The position numbers and the translations under genes are program-made. The notes under the pieces were generated by a model. It was not told the origin of the DNA and did no database searches. It saw only the letters and a list, made by a program, of their open reading frames with translations. DNA of 64,000 nt from Infirmifilum sp. GTDB taxonomy: Archaea > Thermoproteota > Thermoprotei > Thermofilales > Thermofilaceae. This document shows, one piece after another, positions 9,159-19,901 of the stretch. The stretch lies in NCBI GenBank assembly GCA_041287245.1, contig JBEULP010000003.1, forward strand, positions 64,001 through 128,000. Reading direction: 5' to 3'. The number at the start of each line of letters is the position of its first letter. Positions within the stretch are counted from its first letter, which is position 1.

Positions 9159-12100
9159 TTGTATCATAAACCTATGGGATTAAAGGAAAATGCTTCAGTA
9201 GCCTTCGCAATAACCCTGACTCTTCTAGCTCTAGTCTCCTTCCCCGTGCAAGCCGCCCCAACATACATATCTCAACATTTCCAAGTCTACGACAGTGCAG
9301 GCGCCGGAGCCACCTATTCTCAAAGCGTGGCGAGCGCCTTAGAATCGGCCCTAAATACTCTACAGCAGCAGGGTGTTCGCCTGGCACCTCCTTGCTCCGG
9401 CTATCTTTATACTGTTAATATCACGAGCCTGCCTAGCGGGGAAGGTGGTTATACAAGCTGGCAGTACAGCTACGACACCACCACTGGAAAAATCCAGAAC
9501 TCTTGTATCCTGGGGATAATGGTCGCCTCAGGGCTCTCAGGGTCTACTCTCACACATGTAGCGTATCACGAGATGAACCATGTGGCTCAAGTCGCCTATA
9601 TCACCTACAAGATAATCATAGACAGCTACCCCTGGTATATTGAGGCAAACGCAGAGGGCATAGCTGGAGCGCTCCTAAAATCGTGCGGATTCGAGCCTTA
9701 CTACTTCCAGGCAAGCCTTTACTCGAAAAACCCCTACTCTTTTAGCGGGGCAGCTGCCCAGTGCTACGGGCTAGGAGCCTTCTACAACTGGCTGGTATCC
9801 TCGGGCTACGCGACCATGGCCAGCGCGTTTTCAAACTCCTTCTCGGGAAGCACCGTGATCTCAGACTGGATAAACTCTGCCTATATTCGTTTCCTCATAT
9901 CCCTGGCGCGGGGGGTCCAGATGTGCGGCACTACGTACCAGCCTGCCTTCCAGGAAGTCACGCTTAGCACCAAAGGGTGGAGCACGCAGGTCTCGCTCGA
10001 GGGGCTCAGCGCGAGCTATTTCAAGCTTAACATGCCTTCCCCGGGCGTTGTATCAATCTCGGTGTCAGGATCTCCGATTAGCAATCTACTGTTAAACAAG
10101 TCCTTCTATACCTCGAACACGACTCTGTTATTCGCACTAGTGAACCCCTCTACCTCGCAGGCCACCTACCAGGTAACGGTCAGCTATGCCCCGCCGCTAC
10201 AGGCTGAAATTCGAGGAGGAGTTTTTCATCCAGCCTCAGGCCAGTTAGAGCTAAGCCTCTACGTATCATACGCCGGTTCACCCGTAAGCGGGTCCATCAA
10301 AGTAAATGGATCCTCAGTTCAAGCCTCCTCAGGCCAGGCCGCGATAGCACTACAAGACATCACATGGCGGGCCTACACCCTGATAGTTGAATACTCAGGT
10401 GAAAGCACAACCGTCTTCCTCAGCCTCCAGAGGCCCTCGGCGGCACTCCTAACCCAAGCACCACTCTACGTGACGCCCACCGCTTACGGAGCAATAACGG
10501 TCAAGGTAACCAACCCCAACCAGGTCGCGGTCCAAGCCTCAGTTAAAATTCTCCCGCCCGTTGTTAACAACCAAAGTATATTTGAGTTCACAAGCTACCC
10601 TCAGGACCTAACGCTGCCATCGGGCGACTCAATAATCAATATAGGATTCAAGGCTGCTGGACAGCCGGGCGCGTCCACCGGCACTGTTATTCTTGAGTTA
10701 GCCCCGAGCGATGAGATAGATCTGCCCTTCCCCGTTAGGCCCGCGTCGCTGAAGATCCTGGAGGCGGTATACAGCTCGGTCAACAAGACAACCTCTTTGA
10801 AGGTTGAGATCCAACCCATCTCAACCTGGGTACGTGTTCGAATCCCAGGTCTCTCCGGAGAGACCCCTGTACCACTATCCACCTATTATGTGGGCGTAGT
10901 TAGGGTCAGCCTACCAGGCTACCAGATCGCTCTAAGCGCGGCGCCTCTACTCGTAGCGCCTAAGTGGGTTCTGGCAAACGTCACTGCCACTCTATCGACG
11001 GTCGAGTCGTGCCCAGACTACCCCGTCAGCTTCTATGTACAAACCTGGGTAAACGCCTCCTACCTCGGCGGAGTCAGCTTCAGCTGCAGCTCGCACGCCC
11101 AGATATCCTCGCTACTCAACTTGTCCGCCACTGCCCTGGGAAGAGCCACCCTAGTAGCTAACAATAACCCCTCCTGGACCGCCACGTTACAGGTTACACC
11201 ACCAGTTATCCAGTGGAAACTACTCGAGTGGAGAGTCACGGACAACGGTAGTCTGGTGACTATGCTCGTTAACGTTTCAGGACCCCACACGTATCTCGTT
11301 TTGAATGAAAAAGTAGCTAACGGGAGCATCACGGTTAGAAAGGCGCTAGCGAAGCCTCAAACCTCCCTAGAAGTTGACACGGGTTTCAAAGTTTTAGTAG
11401 TAGAGATGCCGAAAATCTCCCTTAAAATCAAAGCCCCCGAGGTCGTAATCTACCCTGGGACAATACCGGTCACCCTTGTTTTCAACACGTCGGCTTATCT
11501 CGACGCTTCCTTTGACATCCTCCTTGACAGCCATAAAATCATGACGGTGAAAGCTGCGGGCTCCGGCGAGCAGGAAGCAAGCATTAGCTTAAAGCCTGAC
11601 ACCCCCGGAGAACATATAGTATCGGTTAAGTCCTGGTTCACCGAAAACTCGAGTAAAGTGTATTATGTGCAAGTCAAACAGGTGAAGATAAGCTCAGACC
11701 CCTTTAGACTCATAGGGGAAAAAGCATCAGTATCGATCGTTGTCTCGGCAAGTCCTCCTCTCCCTCTCCCCGTAAACGTATCCCTAGCAGGATGCGAGAT
11801 GAGGACGCTCAAGGTCCGCGGCAACTCCACGCTCACCCTAGGCTATAATCATCCCTGCACTTTAACTATCAAGGCAAACCTGCTTAACCTCTCAGACTCA
11901 TCCCAGCTCAGGTGGGACACGTTAAACCTTAAGCTTGAGGAGGTTCTAGGCTGGATCGGCGCCTCCCCACTAGTGGCTGCTGGAGCTGTTAGAGGTGCCG
12001 CATTTTTCTCAAACGGTTCTAGGGTCCCCGCGGAGGTTCTTGTCAACGGCCTTGAAAGATACACTGTGAGTAGCCTAGGCGAGTACGCCTTTAACCTAAC

Positions 12101-12521
12101 CGTCCAGTACCTCGGCTCGAGAAACTCCACGCTTGTCAAGGCATACCTGGTCCCCAGAGACCTCTACCTAGGCCTCCTCAAGGCAGCTGAAAACTTAGGC
12201 TCACCCCCCAGCCTCGAGAAAAAACTCCAACTTGCCGTTCTCACGGGAAGGTGGGACGAAGTGGCTACCGCATTAGAAGTCTACAACAACACCTCTATGC
12301 TAGGCGGGCGCGACCCGATCGCGGCTTTGGCATACTGGTTCCTTAGGAGGTGGAGCGAAGAGGGAAATCCCGGCGATTTAAACTTAGCAGTGTGGCTCGT
12401 TCAAAACAGGCTATGGCTATACGTGGCAGCGGCTGCAACAACAGGCTTGTTCCTATGCAGAAGATACCTTGGACGGTCCATCAGGAGAAGCAGTCACCTG
12501 AGCGCCTCAGGCGGCTCGTAG
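9159..12521 (+). CDS. Large secreted, membrane-anchored zinc metallopeptidase-like protein
   Basis: Signal peptide (..FPVQA|AP), HEMNH plus WYIEANAE, long beta-rich stalk, C-terminal TM helix with basic tail. Confidence 0.7.
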   Translation: MYHKPMGLKENASVAFAITLTLLALVSFPVQAAPTYISQHFQVYDSAGAGATYSQSVASALESALNTLQQQGVRLAPPCSGYLYTVNITSLPSGEGGYTSWQYSYDTTTGKIQNSCILGIMVASGLSGSTLTHVAYHEMNHVAQVAYITYKIIIDSYPWYIEANAEGIAGALLKSCGFEPYYFQASLYSKNPYSFSGAAAQCYGLGAFYNWLVSSGYATMASAFSNSFSGSTVISDWINSAYIRFLISLARGVQMCGTTYQPAFQEVTLSTKGWSTQVSLEGLSASYFKLNMPSPGVVSISVSGSPISNLLLNKSFYTSNTTLLFALVNPSTSQATYQVTVSYAPPLQAEIRGGVFHPASGQLELSLYVSYAGSPVSGSIKVNGSSVQASSGQAAIALQDITWRAYTLIVEYSGESTTVFLSLQRPSAALLTQAPLYVTPTAYGAITVKVTNPNQVAVQASVKILPPVVNNQSIFEFTSYPQDLTLPSGDSIINIGFKAAGQPGASTGTVILELAPSDEIDLPFPVRPASLKILEAVYSSVNKTTSLKVEIQPISTWVRVRIPGLSGETPVPLSTYYVGVVRVSLPGYQIALSAAPLLVAPKWVLANVTATLSTVESCPDYPVSFYVQTWVNASYLGGVSFSCSSHAQISSLLNLSATALGRATLVANNNPSWTATLQVTPPVIQWKLLEWRVTDNGSLVTMLVNVSGPHTYLVLNEKVANGSITVRKALAKPQTSLEVDTGFKVLVVEMPKISLKIKAPEVVIYPGTIPVTLVFNTSAYLDASFDILLDSHKIMTVKAAGSGEQEASISLKPDTPGEHIVSVKSWFTENSSKVYYVQVKQVKISSDPFRLIGEKASVSIVVSASPPLPLPVNVSLAGCEMRTLKVRGNSTLTLGYNHPCTLTIKANLLNLSDSSQLRWDTLNLKLEEVLGWIGASPLVAAGAVRGAAFFSNGSRVPAEVLVNGLERYTVSSLGEYAFNLTVQYLGSRNSTLVKAYLVPRDLYLGLLKAAENLGSPPSLEKKLQLAVLTGRWDEVATALEVYNNTSMLGGRDPIAALAYWFLRRWSEEGNPGDLNLAVWLVQNRLWLYVAAAATTGLFLCRRYLGRSIRRSSHLSASGGS

Positions 12522-13567
12522 TAGAGCTTGGCTATAACCCCTCCAAGCCTCTTTAGAATCCTGCCCGCTTCGCTATCCCCGCTGATAATGAGAATCTTGG
12601 CATTCTGTAGCGAGTTTAAAAACCTAAAAACCCTGTCCCGCAAAGCCTCGTCGAAAAACACCTTGTCGAGGATGACAACCTCTTCAACCAAACCCCACTC
12701 CGCGGTTCGCTCGGCCTCTCCCAGCCCGGTGACCACCCTTCTAGACCCTCTAAACAGCTCTTCTATAAGCCTGGACGCTTCCTGCGCCTCCAGAACAGAC
12801 CTGACCTCCACAAAGAGCTGCCTTAGATCCTCCCGTTTAAGCATCTCGTTCAACCCTGCTTCCCCACCCTCGCTAACCTTGATTATCCTCGCTTTAATCC
12901 CCGTTTCTGCTAGGGCTTCACCAACGCTCTCGGCAAGCCTCTCCGTCGTCAGAACGATAACCTCGTTGTACTCTTGGAGATTATACGTTTTTTCTATTAT
13001 GGAGAGCTTATCCTTTAACACGGGTAACACCGCCTCCTTAATGCTCGTATCCCTATCCGTCTTCCTTGGAGAGTATGGGATAAACCCTTTCACCTCCACA
13101 CCGACAGGCGATAGAACCCCTATGCTGATCTCGTCGTCACCGATCGAGACTACTAGAACCTTACGTATGAGAGACGTTGCCTTGGAAAGAATATTCTTGT
13201 CAAAGGCTCCGAGGCCCTCCCCCCTATAAATCGTCACCTCGTCCCCAACCGTTATGCTAATGGTGTGATAGCTGCCCTTCATGTGGAGATCCTCAGGAGC
13301 CTCGACAACCCTCCCAGTTAGCCGCATGCTCTTCGTAAACATGCTATACCCGATCTTCTCGAGCTCCAGCCCCACATAGACCCTAACCCTCTCCCCCTTT
13401 TCGCTCCCCGTCTCCCGCTCTACCCTAACCTGCCGGAAGGTCCACGCATACACTAGATCCTTCTTCCTCAGCAACAAGAACAAGTAGTAGAGGTCCTCAG
13501 GCGTCTCAATAATTAAGCGCAGCTTCCCACGCCTCTCGTCCAGCTCAAGTATCCTCATAACCCACAC
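12494..13567 (-). CDS. pelA: mRNA surveillance protein Pelota
   Basis: EDLYYL, MRLTGRV, KGSYHTI, LKRLGGVIAKL. Confidence 0.9.
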   Translation of the reverse strand: MWVMRILELDERRGKLRLIIETPEDLYYLFLLLRKKDLVYAWTFRQVRVERETGSEKGERVRVYVGLELEKIGYSMFTKSMRLTGRVVEAPEDLHMKGSYHTISITVGDEVTIYRGEGLGAFDKNILSKATSLIRKVLVVSIGDDEISIGVLSPVGVEVKGFIPYSPRKTDRDTSIKEAVLPVLKDKLSIIEKTYNLQEYNEVIVLTTERLAESVGEALAETGIKARIIKVSEGGEAGLNEMLKREDLRQLFVEVRSVLEAQEASRLIEELFRGSRRVVTGLGEAERTAEWGLVEEVVILDKVFFDEALRDRVFRFLNSLQNAKILIISGDSEAGRILKRLGGVIAKLYYEPPEALR

Positions 13568-13595
13568 CTTAAACCCGACTCAGCATGAAAAAAGC

Positions 13596-14291
13596 CTAAC
13601 GCGACTCCCAGAGACCAATCGAGTCTTCCAGCGCGATGATCACTCGAGCCGTGACATACCAAGCGTCAAACACCAGCGAATCCAATGAGAGAATTTTATC
13701 AGCGACACTACGCACCTCAGAGCTAAACTCCCCGTGCGCGAAGGCGCCTACAATGAAAGCCGGCCTCTCGTGACTGGCTAGCTCCCATGCAAGTTCCTTC
13801 GGGGTTGTCGCCATCCCCCTTTCATCCAATAGTATCACCTCGTCAACTTTTTTCTCATAGAGTATCTCCTGGAGAGAGCCTTCGCGCACGCGCATAAGGT
13901 AATCTTCTCCAAGCGGCGGAACCCTTCCCTTCGCGAGTAACTGTTCCATCAACCCGACAAAGCGATTATAGTTCCTCGGGATCCGCGTCTCGGGCCTAAC
14001 TTCGATGATCTTCCCGTTGATCGTGTGGATCAGGGTCTCAAGCATCCCCTTGCGGTTAAGGAGACTGCTGTGGCTGAACAACAAGCAAGCGTGGACAATG
14101 TCTGGCCTCCCCCTTTTCTCCTTGTTCTCAAGCTTCCCCATCGCAGAATAGTGAAGAGACTTGTCTAGAATCGTTTCACGGGGTCTTTTTTTCCTCTTCC
14201 TCGCGGATATAACGACAGCCGGATGATCCTGTATCTCGGGTGGGACTAGCTCGAGGCTGGCGTCGCCAAGTATTAAAAACGCCTTATGCAT
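13596..14291 (-). CDS. nep1: SSU rRNA pseudouridine N1-methyltransferase Nep1/EMG1
   Basis: RGRPDIVH, RIPRNYNRFVGLMEQL, VGAFAHG. Confidence 0.93.
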   Translation of the reverse strand: MHKAFLILGDASLELVPPEIQDHPAVVISARKRKKRPRETILDKSLHYSAMGKLENKEKRGRPDIVHACLLFSHSSLLNRKGMLETLIHTINGKIIEVRPETRIPRNYNRFVGLMEQLLAKGRVPPLGEDYLMRVREGSLQEILYEKKVDEVILLDERGMATTPKELAWELASHERPAFIVGAFAHGEFSSEVRSVADKILSLDSLVFDAWYVTARVIIALEDSIGLWESR

Positions 14292-14303
14292 AATACTTCA
14301 AGC

Positions 14304-14663
14304 ATGAGGAGGCGTGATGAGCTTAAAGACTTAGCTTATGAGAGGATAGAGAGGCTTCTAGAGTTTGCAGCCAAGGTATACGTGGAAGAGCCTGGCCTGG
14401 CGGACAGGTACGGCGAGATTGCGATGGCTATTGCTCGTAAAGCTAGAATTAGATACCCCGAAACCCTGAAGGCGAGGGTCTGTCGAAGGTGCGGGGCGTT
14501 CCTTGTACCGGGAGAGACCATGCGTGTACGGGTGAAAAGGCGTGGAGAGATGAAATATGTAGCTGTTACCTGCTTAAAATGCGGGTATACCAGGCGGTAC
14601 CCGCTAGGTCGAGATAATGTTCATCGGCCTTGGCTGACGTTATACAAGAGGTTGAGAAGATGA
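14304..14663 (+). CDS. rnp4: RNase P protein component 4 (Rpp21)
   Basis: ERIERL, CRRC...CLKCG...RRYP. Confidence 0.9.
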   Translation: MRRRDELKDLAYERIERLLEFAAKVYVEEPGLADRYGEIAMAIARKARIRYPETLKARVCRRCGAFLVPGETMRVRVKRRGEMKYVAVTCLKCGYTRRYPLGRDNVHRPWLTLYKRLRR

Positions 14664-16144
14664 TACGTCTTAGAGGAATATATGCTACTGCGCTAGCAGG
14701 GCTGCTCACCGACGCTGGATATGCTTTCAGCGACCTTAGCAATAAGATCCAGGCGCGGATACCCTACGCTCGAGTCTCGGGTTCAGGCGCCAAAGTTACT
14801 ATTAAGGACCTCGAGCACCAGAAAGGCATAGTGATCGTGGGGGAAAGTAGTAGCGTCCTGCACGTGTATAGTCTCATCGCGTCGGTTGTTGGGTCCGAGT
14901 GCTCCATCGTTATCAAGGACGGCCCTTATACCTCATACCGTGCCCGGGTCGCTGAGAGGTTTCGGGAGGGGTATCTCGTTGACTTGCCCGGTGGCAGACG
15001 GGGCTTTATGAGGAGCTCTAAGACGCACAGCATCGGCGACGCGGTAAATGCTCACGTTATACGGCCTGACATCTTCTCGCCTGTCCTCGAGGAGGGGGTT
15101 GCCATCTCCGGCGACTATGTTAGGGTGATCGAGGGTGCGAAGCACTCTGTGAGCGAGCATATTAGAGATCCGGAGCTTATCCTAGAGCTCTTGAGCCTGG
15201 CTTCAAACTATGCGCCTGAGGGATGGGGCGTGCGATTCAGAAGCTCTATTAGGAGCGCTGGAGTTTTAAGCGCGCTTGAAGAGATGAAGAAGCTTTTGGG
15301 GGAAGCCGTGAGTATTAAGAGGCGCGCAGAGCGTGTGTCCGAGCCTGCCGTCCTCATGGAGGGGGAGTCTATAGCGTTTGTTTACTTCTCCCCTACACTT
15401 TTTGCGAGGCTAGACGAGCTGAGGAGGAAGAACCATCCGACGGTTCCCGGACACCACTTGATCAAGTCGCTGGGAAACGAGTCTCTAAGCGCCGAGGTTG
15501 ATGCAATCGAGGAGGGAGTTGAAGGGGGGGCAAAAGACCTCACAGAGCTCTATGTTAACAAACTACAGGAGTTGTTGTCCAGGGGGGTTGTCCGCGTTTT
15601 CCACGAGAAACCCTTCGGCAGAGGATACTCATGGTCTGCGAGTGTAACTGAGGGCATTAACGGCTTTCTTAGACTTGAGAGAAAAATCGAGACGGAGGGC
15701 GTCTATGACGGGCTGAACGTCCCGAAGATGCCTGGGGACCGTATTGTGAGCCTCACATTCCCGTTAAGCAGATTCATCGTTCATCTTTATTTCACTTCAA
15801 GCTACAGCCTTAAGGGGGTCTACGTTAACTTGAATACTCCTTTGGACTTTACCCTTTCGAAGCCAGGTCTGTGGTATCTGGATGTCGCCCTGGATGTTGT
15901 CTGGGTGCCGGGAGAGGGGGGAGCGCGGACTGTTGATCATGCTGAATTCGAGATTCTCAGCGCGAGCGGGCTTTATCCTAACCGCAGGCTTGAGCTGTAC
16001 CGTGAGGCACAGAGGGAGTTGGTGTCTGTGCTGTCAGAGGATGTAGGCAAGCTGGTAGACTCGCCTGATTTTCTTTTAAGCTTGCAGGAAAGGCTATGGG
16101 GCGAGAGGCCGGAAAATATTCTAAGGGGCTTGTGGCTCAGTTAG
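14660..16144 (+). CDS. FAU-1-like AU-binding ribonuclease (DUF402 C-terminus)
   Basis: IRLRGIYATAL, GHH, GVYDGL, YVNLNTP, YLDVALDV. Confidence 0.8.
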   Translation: MIRLRGIYATALAGLLTDAGYAFSDLSNKIQARIPYARVSGSGAKVTIKDLEHQKGIVIVGESSSVLHVYSLIASVVGSECSIVIKDGPYTSYRARVAERFREGYLVDLPGGRRGFMRSSKTHSIGDAVNAHVIRPDIFSPVLEEGVAISGDYVRVIEGAKHSVSEHIRDPELILELLSLASNYAPEGWGVRFRSSIRSAGVLSALEEMKKLLGEAVSIKRRAERVSEPAVLMEGESIAFVYFSPTLFARLDELRRKNHPTVPGHHLIKSLGNESLSAEVDAIEEGVEGGAKDLTELYVNKLQELLSRGVVRVFHEKPFGRGYSWSASVTEGINGFLRLERKIETEGVYDGLNVPKMPGDRIVSLTFPLSRFIVHLYFTSSYSLKGVYVNLNTPLDFTLSKPGLWYLDVALDVVWVPGEGGARTVDHAEFEILSASGLYPNRRLELYREAQRELVSVLSEDVGKLVDSPDFLLSLQERLWGERPENILRGLWLS

Positions 16145-16158
16145 ATTAAGGTGGTTCG

Positions 16159-16668
16159 ATGGACGTGCTTTTTGCTCCATGGCGGATGCGATACATTGAA
16201 TACACGAAGATTGAGCGGGACCAGGAGTGTTTTATATGCAAGGGTTATAGGGAGAGAAACGATGAAGACAATCTTGTCGTGTATAAGGGGGAGAGAGTTG
16301 TCGTCTTGATGAATAAGTTCCCATATAACACTGGACACCTCTTAGTTGCTCCCGCACGCCACGTTCCAGACCTTGAATCTCTGACGGATGAAGAGCTCTG
16401 CGTCCTTTTTAAAGCCGTAAAGCTCTCTATCCAAGTCCTTAAGGCTGTATTCAGCCCGGACGGCTTCAACATCGGGATAAACTTGGGTCGGGTGGCTGGG
16501 GCGGGGCTCGAGAGCCACTTGCACGTACACGTCGTTCCGCGTTGGAATGGCGACACGAACTTCATGCCGGTTATAGGGAGTACCAAGGTTATTCCAGAGG
16601 CGCTCCGGGACACTTATCACAGGATAGTGGCTCAGAGTGCCCCGTTGTCCGAGGCTGAAGAGTGTTAG
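16159..16668 (+). CDS. HIT family hydrolase
   Basis: APWRMRYI, NKFPYNTGH, HLHVHVVPRW. Confidence 0.93.
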   Translation: MDVLFAPWRMRYIEYTKIERDQECFICKGYRERNDEDNLVVYKGERVVVLMNKFPYNTGHLLVAPARHVPDLESLTDEELCVLFKAVKLSIQVLKAVFSPDGFNIGINLGRVAGAGLESHLHVHVVPRWNGDTNFMPVIGSTKVIPEALRDTYHRIVAQSAPLSEAEEC

Positions 16669-17933
16669 TGTAGGAAGCCGTAGCCTATTAGCCGCCACCT
16701 TCCGGCTATTTGTCTTGAAAGTGCTACTCGGGCTCCCTTGTCTGCGACTATCGGTATTTTGAGTCGTAGGTGTGCTTCATCGCGTCTCGCGGAGGTGACT
16801 ATTCCCACTGATAGCATTGTGCCGACGTTGATCATGATCACCTCGTTTGGCTTTAGAGGCTCCACCTTTAAGGGCTGCTCAGCACCTACTACACGTTCAA
16901 GTAGGTGGACTTCTATTTGTGCCTCGTATTGCGGCTCTGGAAGCGTCCCGGGCTTTCCCACAACATTGCCTATGAGGTTGTCTGCTTTGGTTATGCTGGG
17001 GTCTAGTTCTGTCCCAATCGCTATGAGCCCCCCGGGGTAAGCCACGTCCAAGGGCTCTACGCCGGATTTGAGGGAGGTTATCTTGGTATAGAGCGGCTCG
17101 TACGACTCCTCGTTACCCTTCTTGACCTTCAAGCCAGGCTTGATCTCTACCTCGTCTCCAACCCTGAATTTGCCTTGAACAATCGTGCCGCCGAGGACGC
17201 CCCCTACGAGGTCGTGAACCCGGGTTCCAGGCTTGTTTACATCAAAGGAACGGGCGACCAGCATGCGCGGCGGTAGAGAGTAGTCACGCTGGGGTATGGG
17301 GACGTATTTCTCGATGGCCCAGACAAGCGCGTCGATGTTCACTTTGTGGAGAGCTGATACGGGAATTATCGGAGCGTTCTCAGCCCACGTGCCCTCTAGG
17401 AAACGTTTTATTTCGTTGTAGCTCTCCTTGACCCTCTCCCTGCTTACCACATCTATCTTGTTTTGCACCACGATAAGCCTCCTCACCCCTATTATGTCTA
17501 GAGCGGTGAAGTGTTCGCGCGTCTGCGGCTGCGGGCACTCCTTAGTTGCGTCGATGACTAGTAGTGCGGCATCCATCATAGCCGACCCTGCAAGCATTAT
17601 GGACATCAGCATCTCATGTCCAGGTACGTCTACAAACGAAACCTTTCTCACATACTCCAGGGGCGTCCCGCAATACTTACACCTCATGTCCTGTGGAACA
17701 TTAGCAGACGTGTAGTATTTCTGTGGAGGCGGGCACTTGGGACACTGGTATATGGCGGTGTCTGCATATCCTATCTTCAATGTAATACCCCGTTTAAGCT
17801 CTTCGGAGTGGTGGGACGCCCATACGCCCGTTAGAGCCTGTATCAGTGTTGTCTTACCGTGGTCAACATGCCCAGCGGTACCGATGTTTACTAGAGGCTG
17901 CCTCTTAAGAGCCTCCGCGAACTCTTGATCCAT
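16665..17933 (-). CDS. eif2g: Translation initiation factor 2 gamma subunit
   Basis: GHVDHGKTT, RGITLKIGY, DVPGHE, QNKID, RWRLIGYG. Confidence 0.97.
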   Translation of the reverse strand: MDQEFAEALKRQPLVNIGTAGHVDHGKTTLIQALTGVWASHHSEELKRGITLKIGYADTAIYQCPKCPPPQKYYTSANVPQDMRCKYCGTPLEYVRKVSFVDVPGHEMLMSIMLAGSAMMDAALLVIDATKECPQPQTREHFTALDIIGVRRLIVVQNKIDVVSRERVKESYNEIKRFLEGTWAENAPIIPVSALHKVNIDALVWAIEKYVPIPQRDYSLPPRMLVARSFDVNKPGTRVHDLVGGVLGGTIVQGKFRVGDEVEIKPGLKVKKGNEESYEPLYTKITSLKSGVEPLDVAYPGGLIAIGTELDPSITKADNLIGNVVGKPGTLPEPQYEAQIEVHLLERVVGAEQPLKVEPLKPNEVIMINVGTMLSVGIVTSARRDEAHLRLKIPIVADKGARVALSRQIAGRWRLIGYGFLH

Positions 17934-17981
17934 AAAATCCCCTTTTTCAAACAATTTCCAATATAAATAAAACGTTATGCG

Positions 17982-19901
17982 TCACATCCGCTGAGGCGGT
18001 TGAATCCCTAGGAGCTCCATCCCATTGTTCAAAACCTGGGCTACTGCTTTGACCAGTGCTAGCCTCGCCTCCCGCTTACCCTCTGAGGCCTTGAGCACGG
18101 GCGTAGAGTCATAATACCTGTGAAACTCCGCGGCAAGGGTGTTAAGGTATGACGTTAGGAGATCGGGTCTAAGGCTGTCAGCTGCCTCACCTACAACCTC
18201 GGGAAACTCTCCTAGTAATAAAACAACCGTTTTCTCCTCGTCTCCAAGGAGCCTAGCATCTCCCTCTGCCTGAACCCCCTGCTCGGCGGCCTTGCGTAGA
18301 ATACTGAGAGCCCTAACATAGGAATACTGTACGAAGGGGCCGCTGTTCTGCTCAAAGTTTAGTATGCGATCCCATGTGAACGTTATCGTGCGGCTAGGGG
18401 TCTGGCTTAGAATGAAGAACTTTAGCGCCCCTAGACCTATCTTCTCAGCATCCTCCTCTGTGCCTAGACCTCTCCTCCTGATCTCCTCCCGCGCCCTATT
18501 CACAGCCTCCTGTATTATCTCGTCAGCTGTAACATAGACTCCTCTCCTACTGCTCATCCTGGCTCCCGGTAGCACAACCATCTCATAGGCATAGTGCACC
18601 AACCTCATCCCGACGTCCCGATAACCGAGAGCATACAGGGCTAGCCTGAGCTGCGCCTGTGCAAGCGCCTGCTGCGTAGCTATGACATTTATCACCCTAT
18701 CAGAACGGGAAAGCTTCCAGATAGAGTAGGCTATGTCACGAGTTGTGTACAACGTCGTACCGTCAGACCGCTTTAAAGTCAAAGGAGTCACGCTGAACCC
18801 CGGCGGTATCCCGGCGGCTTCTCGTACCTCACCAGACTCGGCGAGTTTATCAGCCCGGAATACAAGCGCGCCGTCCTTCTTCTCGACAAGCCCAGTTTCA
18901 AGAAGCCTTTCTATAACCTCCTCCGCCGCTCCACTCCAAACCGTTATCTCACTCTCCCAGTCCCAGCTGTCAAAGCTTATCCCCAGCCTATCAAGCGTCT
19001 GTTTTATCCCGTTGAGACAAGTATTAATCGTGTCACGCGTAAGCCTCGTAGCCCAAGGCTCTCCCTCCTCATAAGCTCTGTTTATCCTCCTAATCTCCCC
19101 CTCGGGGTCCTCAGCCTCCCGCACTAACCTGGCAAGCTCTTCAAATACCTTGGGATACCTTTCACTGTATTCCTCTAGCTTAGACACGTACTCGTCGATT
19201 TTACTGTTTAGCTCCGACACCTTATGGGGGTCCTGCTCCCGCGCCACCTCCTGCTTCAGCCTCTTTATCTCGACTAGGAGATTAACGATTGTATACACAG
19301 CCCCCACGAAATAATCGGGTTTCTCACCGCCCAGGAAGCTCTTAACACGGCTAAAACCGTAAGTGGCATATGCGACCTGTAGACCCACGTCGTCAACGTA
19401 AAAGTGCGCGCTGACGGAATGACCCCTAGCTTTCAACAGCCTCACTAGGGACTCTCCTATGATCCCATTCCTTAGGTGACCCACGTGGAGAGGATGTATC
19501 GGGTTAGCACTGACAAACTCGACTATTACCTTCTCTCTGCCCTCCCCCGACACGTAGCCATACCTTGAGCCTAGCTCTTGAACCGAGCCTAACACGATAG
19601 GGGCATACTCCCTAATATTAACCTCAAGGTTTAGGAAGTCGTTGACTATACCTCTAGGCGTCACCAGGGAATCAGATACCTTCTGCAATGCGGTTTCAAG
19701 GCGGGCGCGGACATCCTCAGGCTTTAAGCCAGACGCCCTGTAGAGCCTGAAAAGAGGGAGAGAAATATCCCCGTACTGCTTCAAGGCACGCCTAACCTCA
19801 ACTAGACCTAGATCTATGTCTAGCCCCGCTTCGCCCGCTACCCTCTTAAAATACTCTACAGTCCTGTGCCTGAGAAACTTGAAAGGGGACTCGACGGCCA
19901 T
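17982..19901 (-). CDS. argS: Arginine--tRNA ligase
   Basis: SANPIHPLHVGHLRN, RMSSRRG, QYSYVRA, ends ..QRM. Confidence 0.96.
   Translation of the reverse strand: MAVESPFKFLRHRTVEYFKRVAGEAGLDIDLGLVEVRRALKQYGDISLPLFRLYRASGLKPEDVRARLETALQKVSDSLVTPRGIVNDFLNLEVNIREYAPIVLGSVQELGSRYGYVSGEGREKVIVEFVSANPIHPLHVGHLRNGIIGESLVRLLKARGHSVSAHFYVDDVGLQVAYATYGFSRVKSFLGGEKPDYFVGAVYTIVNLLVEIKRLKQEVAREQDPHKVSELNSKIDEYVSKLEEYSERYPKVFEELARLVREAEDPEGEIRRINRAYEEGEPWATRLTRDTINTCLNGIKQTLDRLGISFDSWDWESEITVWSGAAEEVIERLLETGLVEKKDGALVFRADKLAESGEVREAAGIPPGFSVTPLTLKRSDGTTLYTTRDIAYSIWKLSRSDRVINVIATQQALAQAQLRLALYALGYRDVGMRLVHYAYEMVVLPGARMSSRRGVYVTADEIIQEAVNRAREEIRRRGLGTEEDAEKIGLGALKFFILSQTPSRTITFTWDRILNFEQNSGPFVQYSYVRALSILRKAAEQGVQAEGDARLLGDEEKTVVLLLGEFPEVVGEAADSLRPDLLTSYLNTLAAEFHRYYDSTPVLKASEGKREARLALVKAVAQVLNNGMELLGIQPPQRM

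Noticed and set aside
12528..13229. 233-aa plus-strand ORF
   Set aside because: Antisense shadow of pelota, with Ser/Leu-rich composition.
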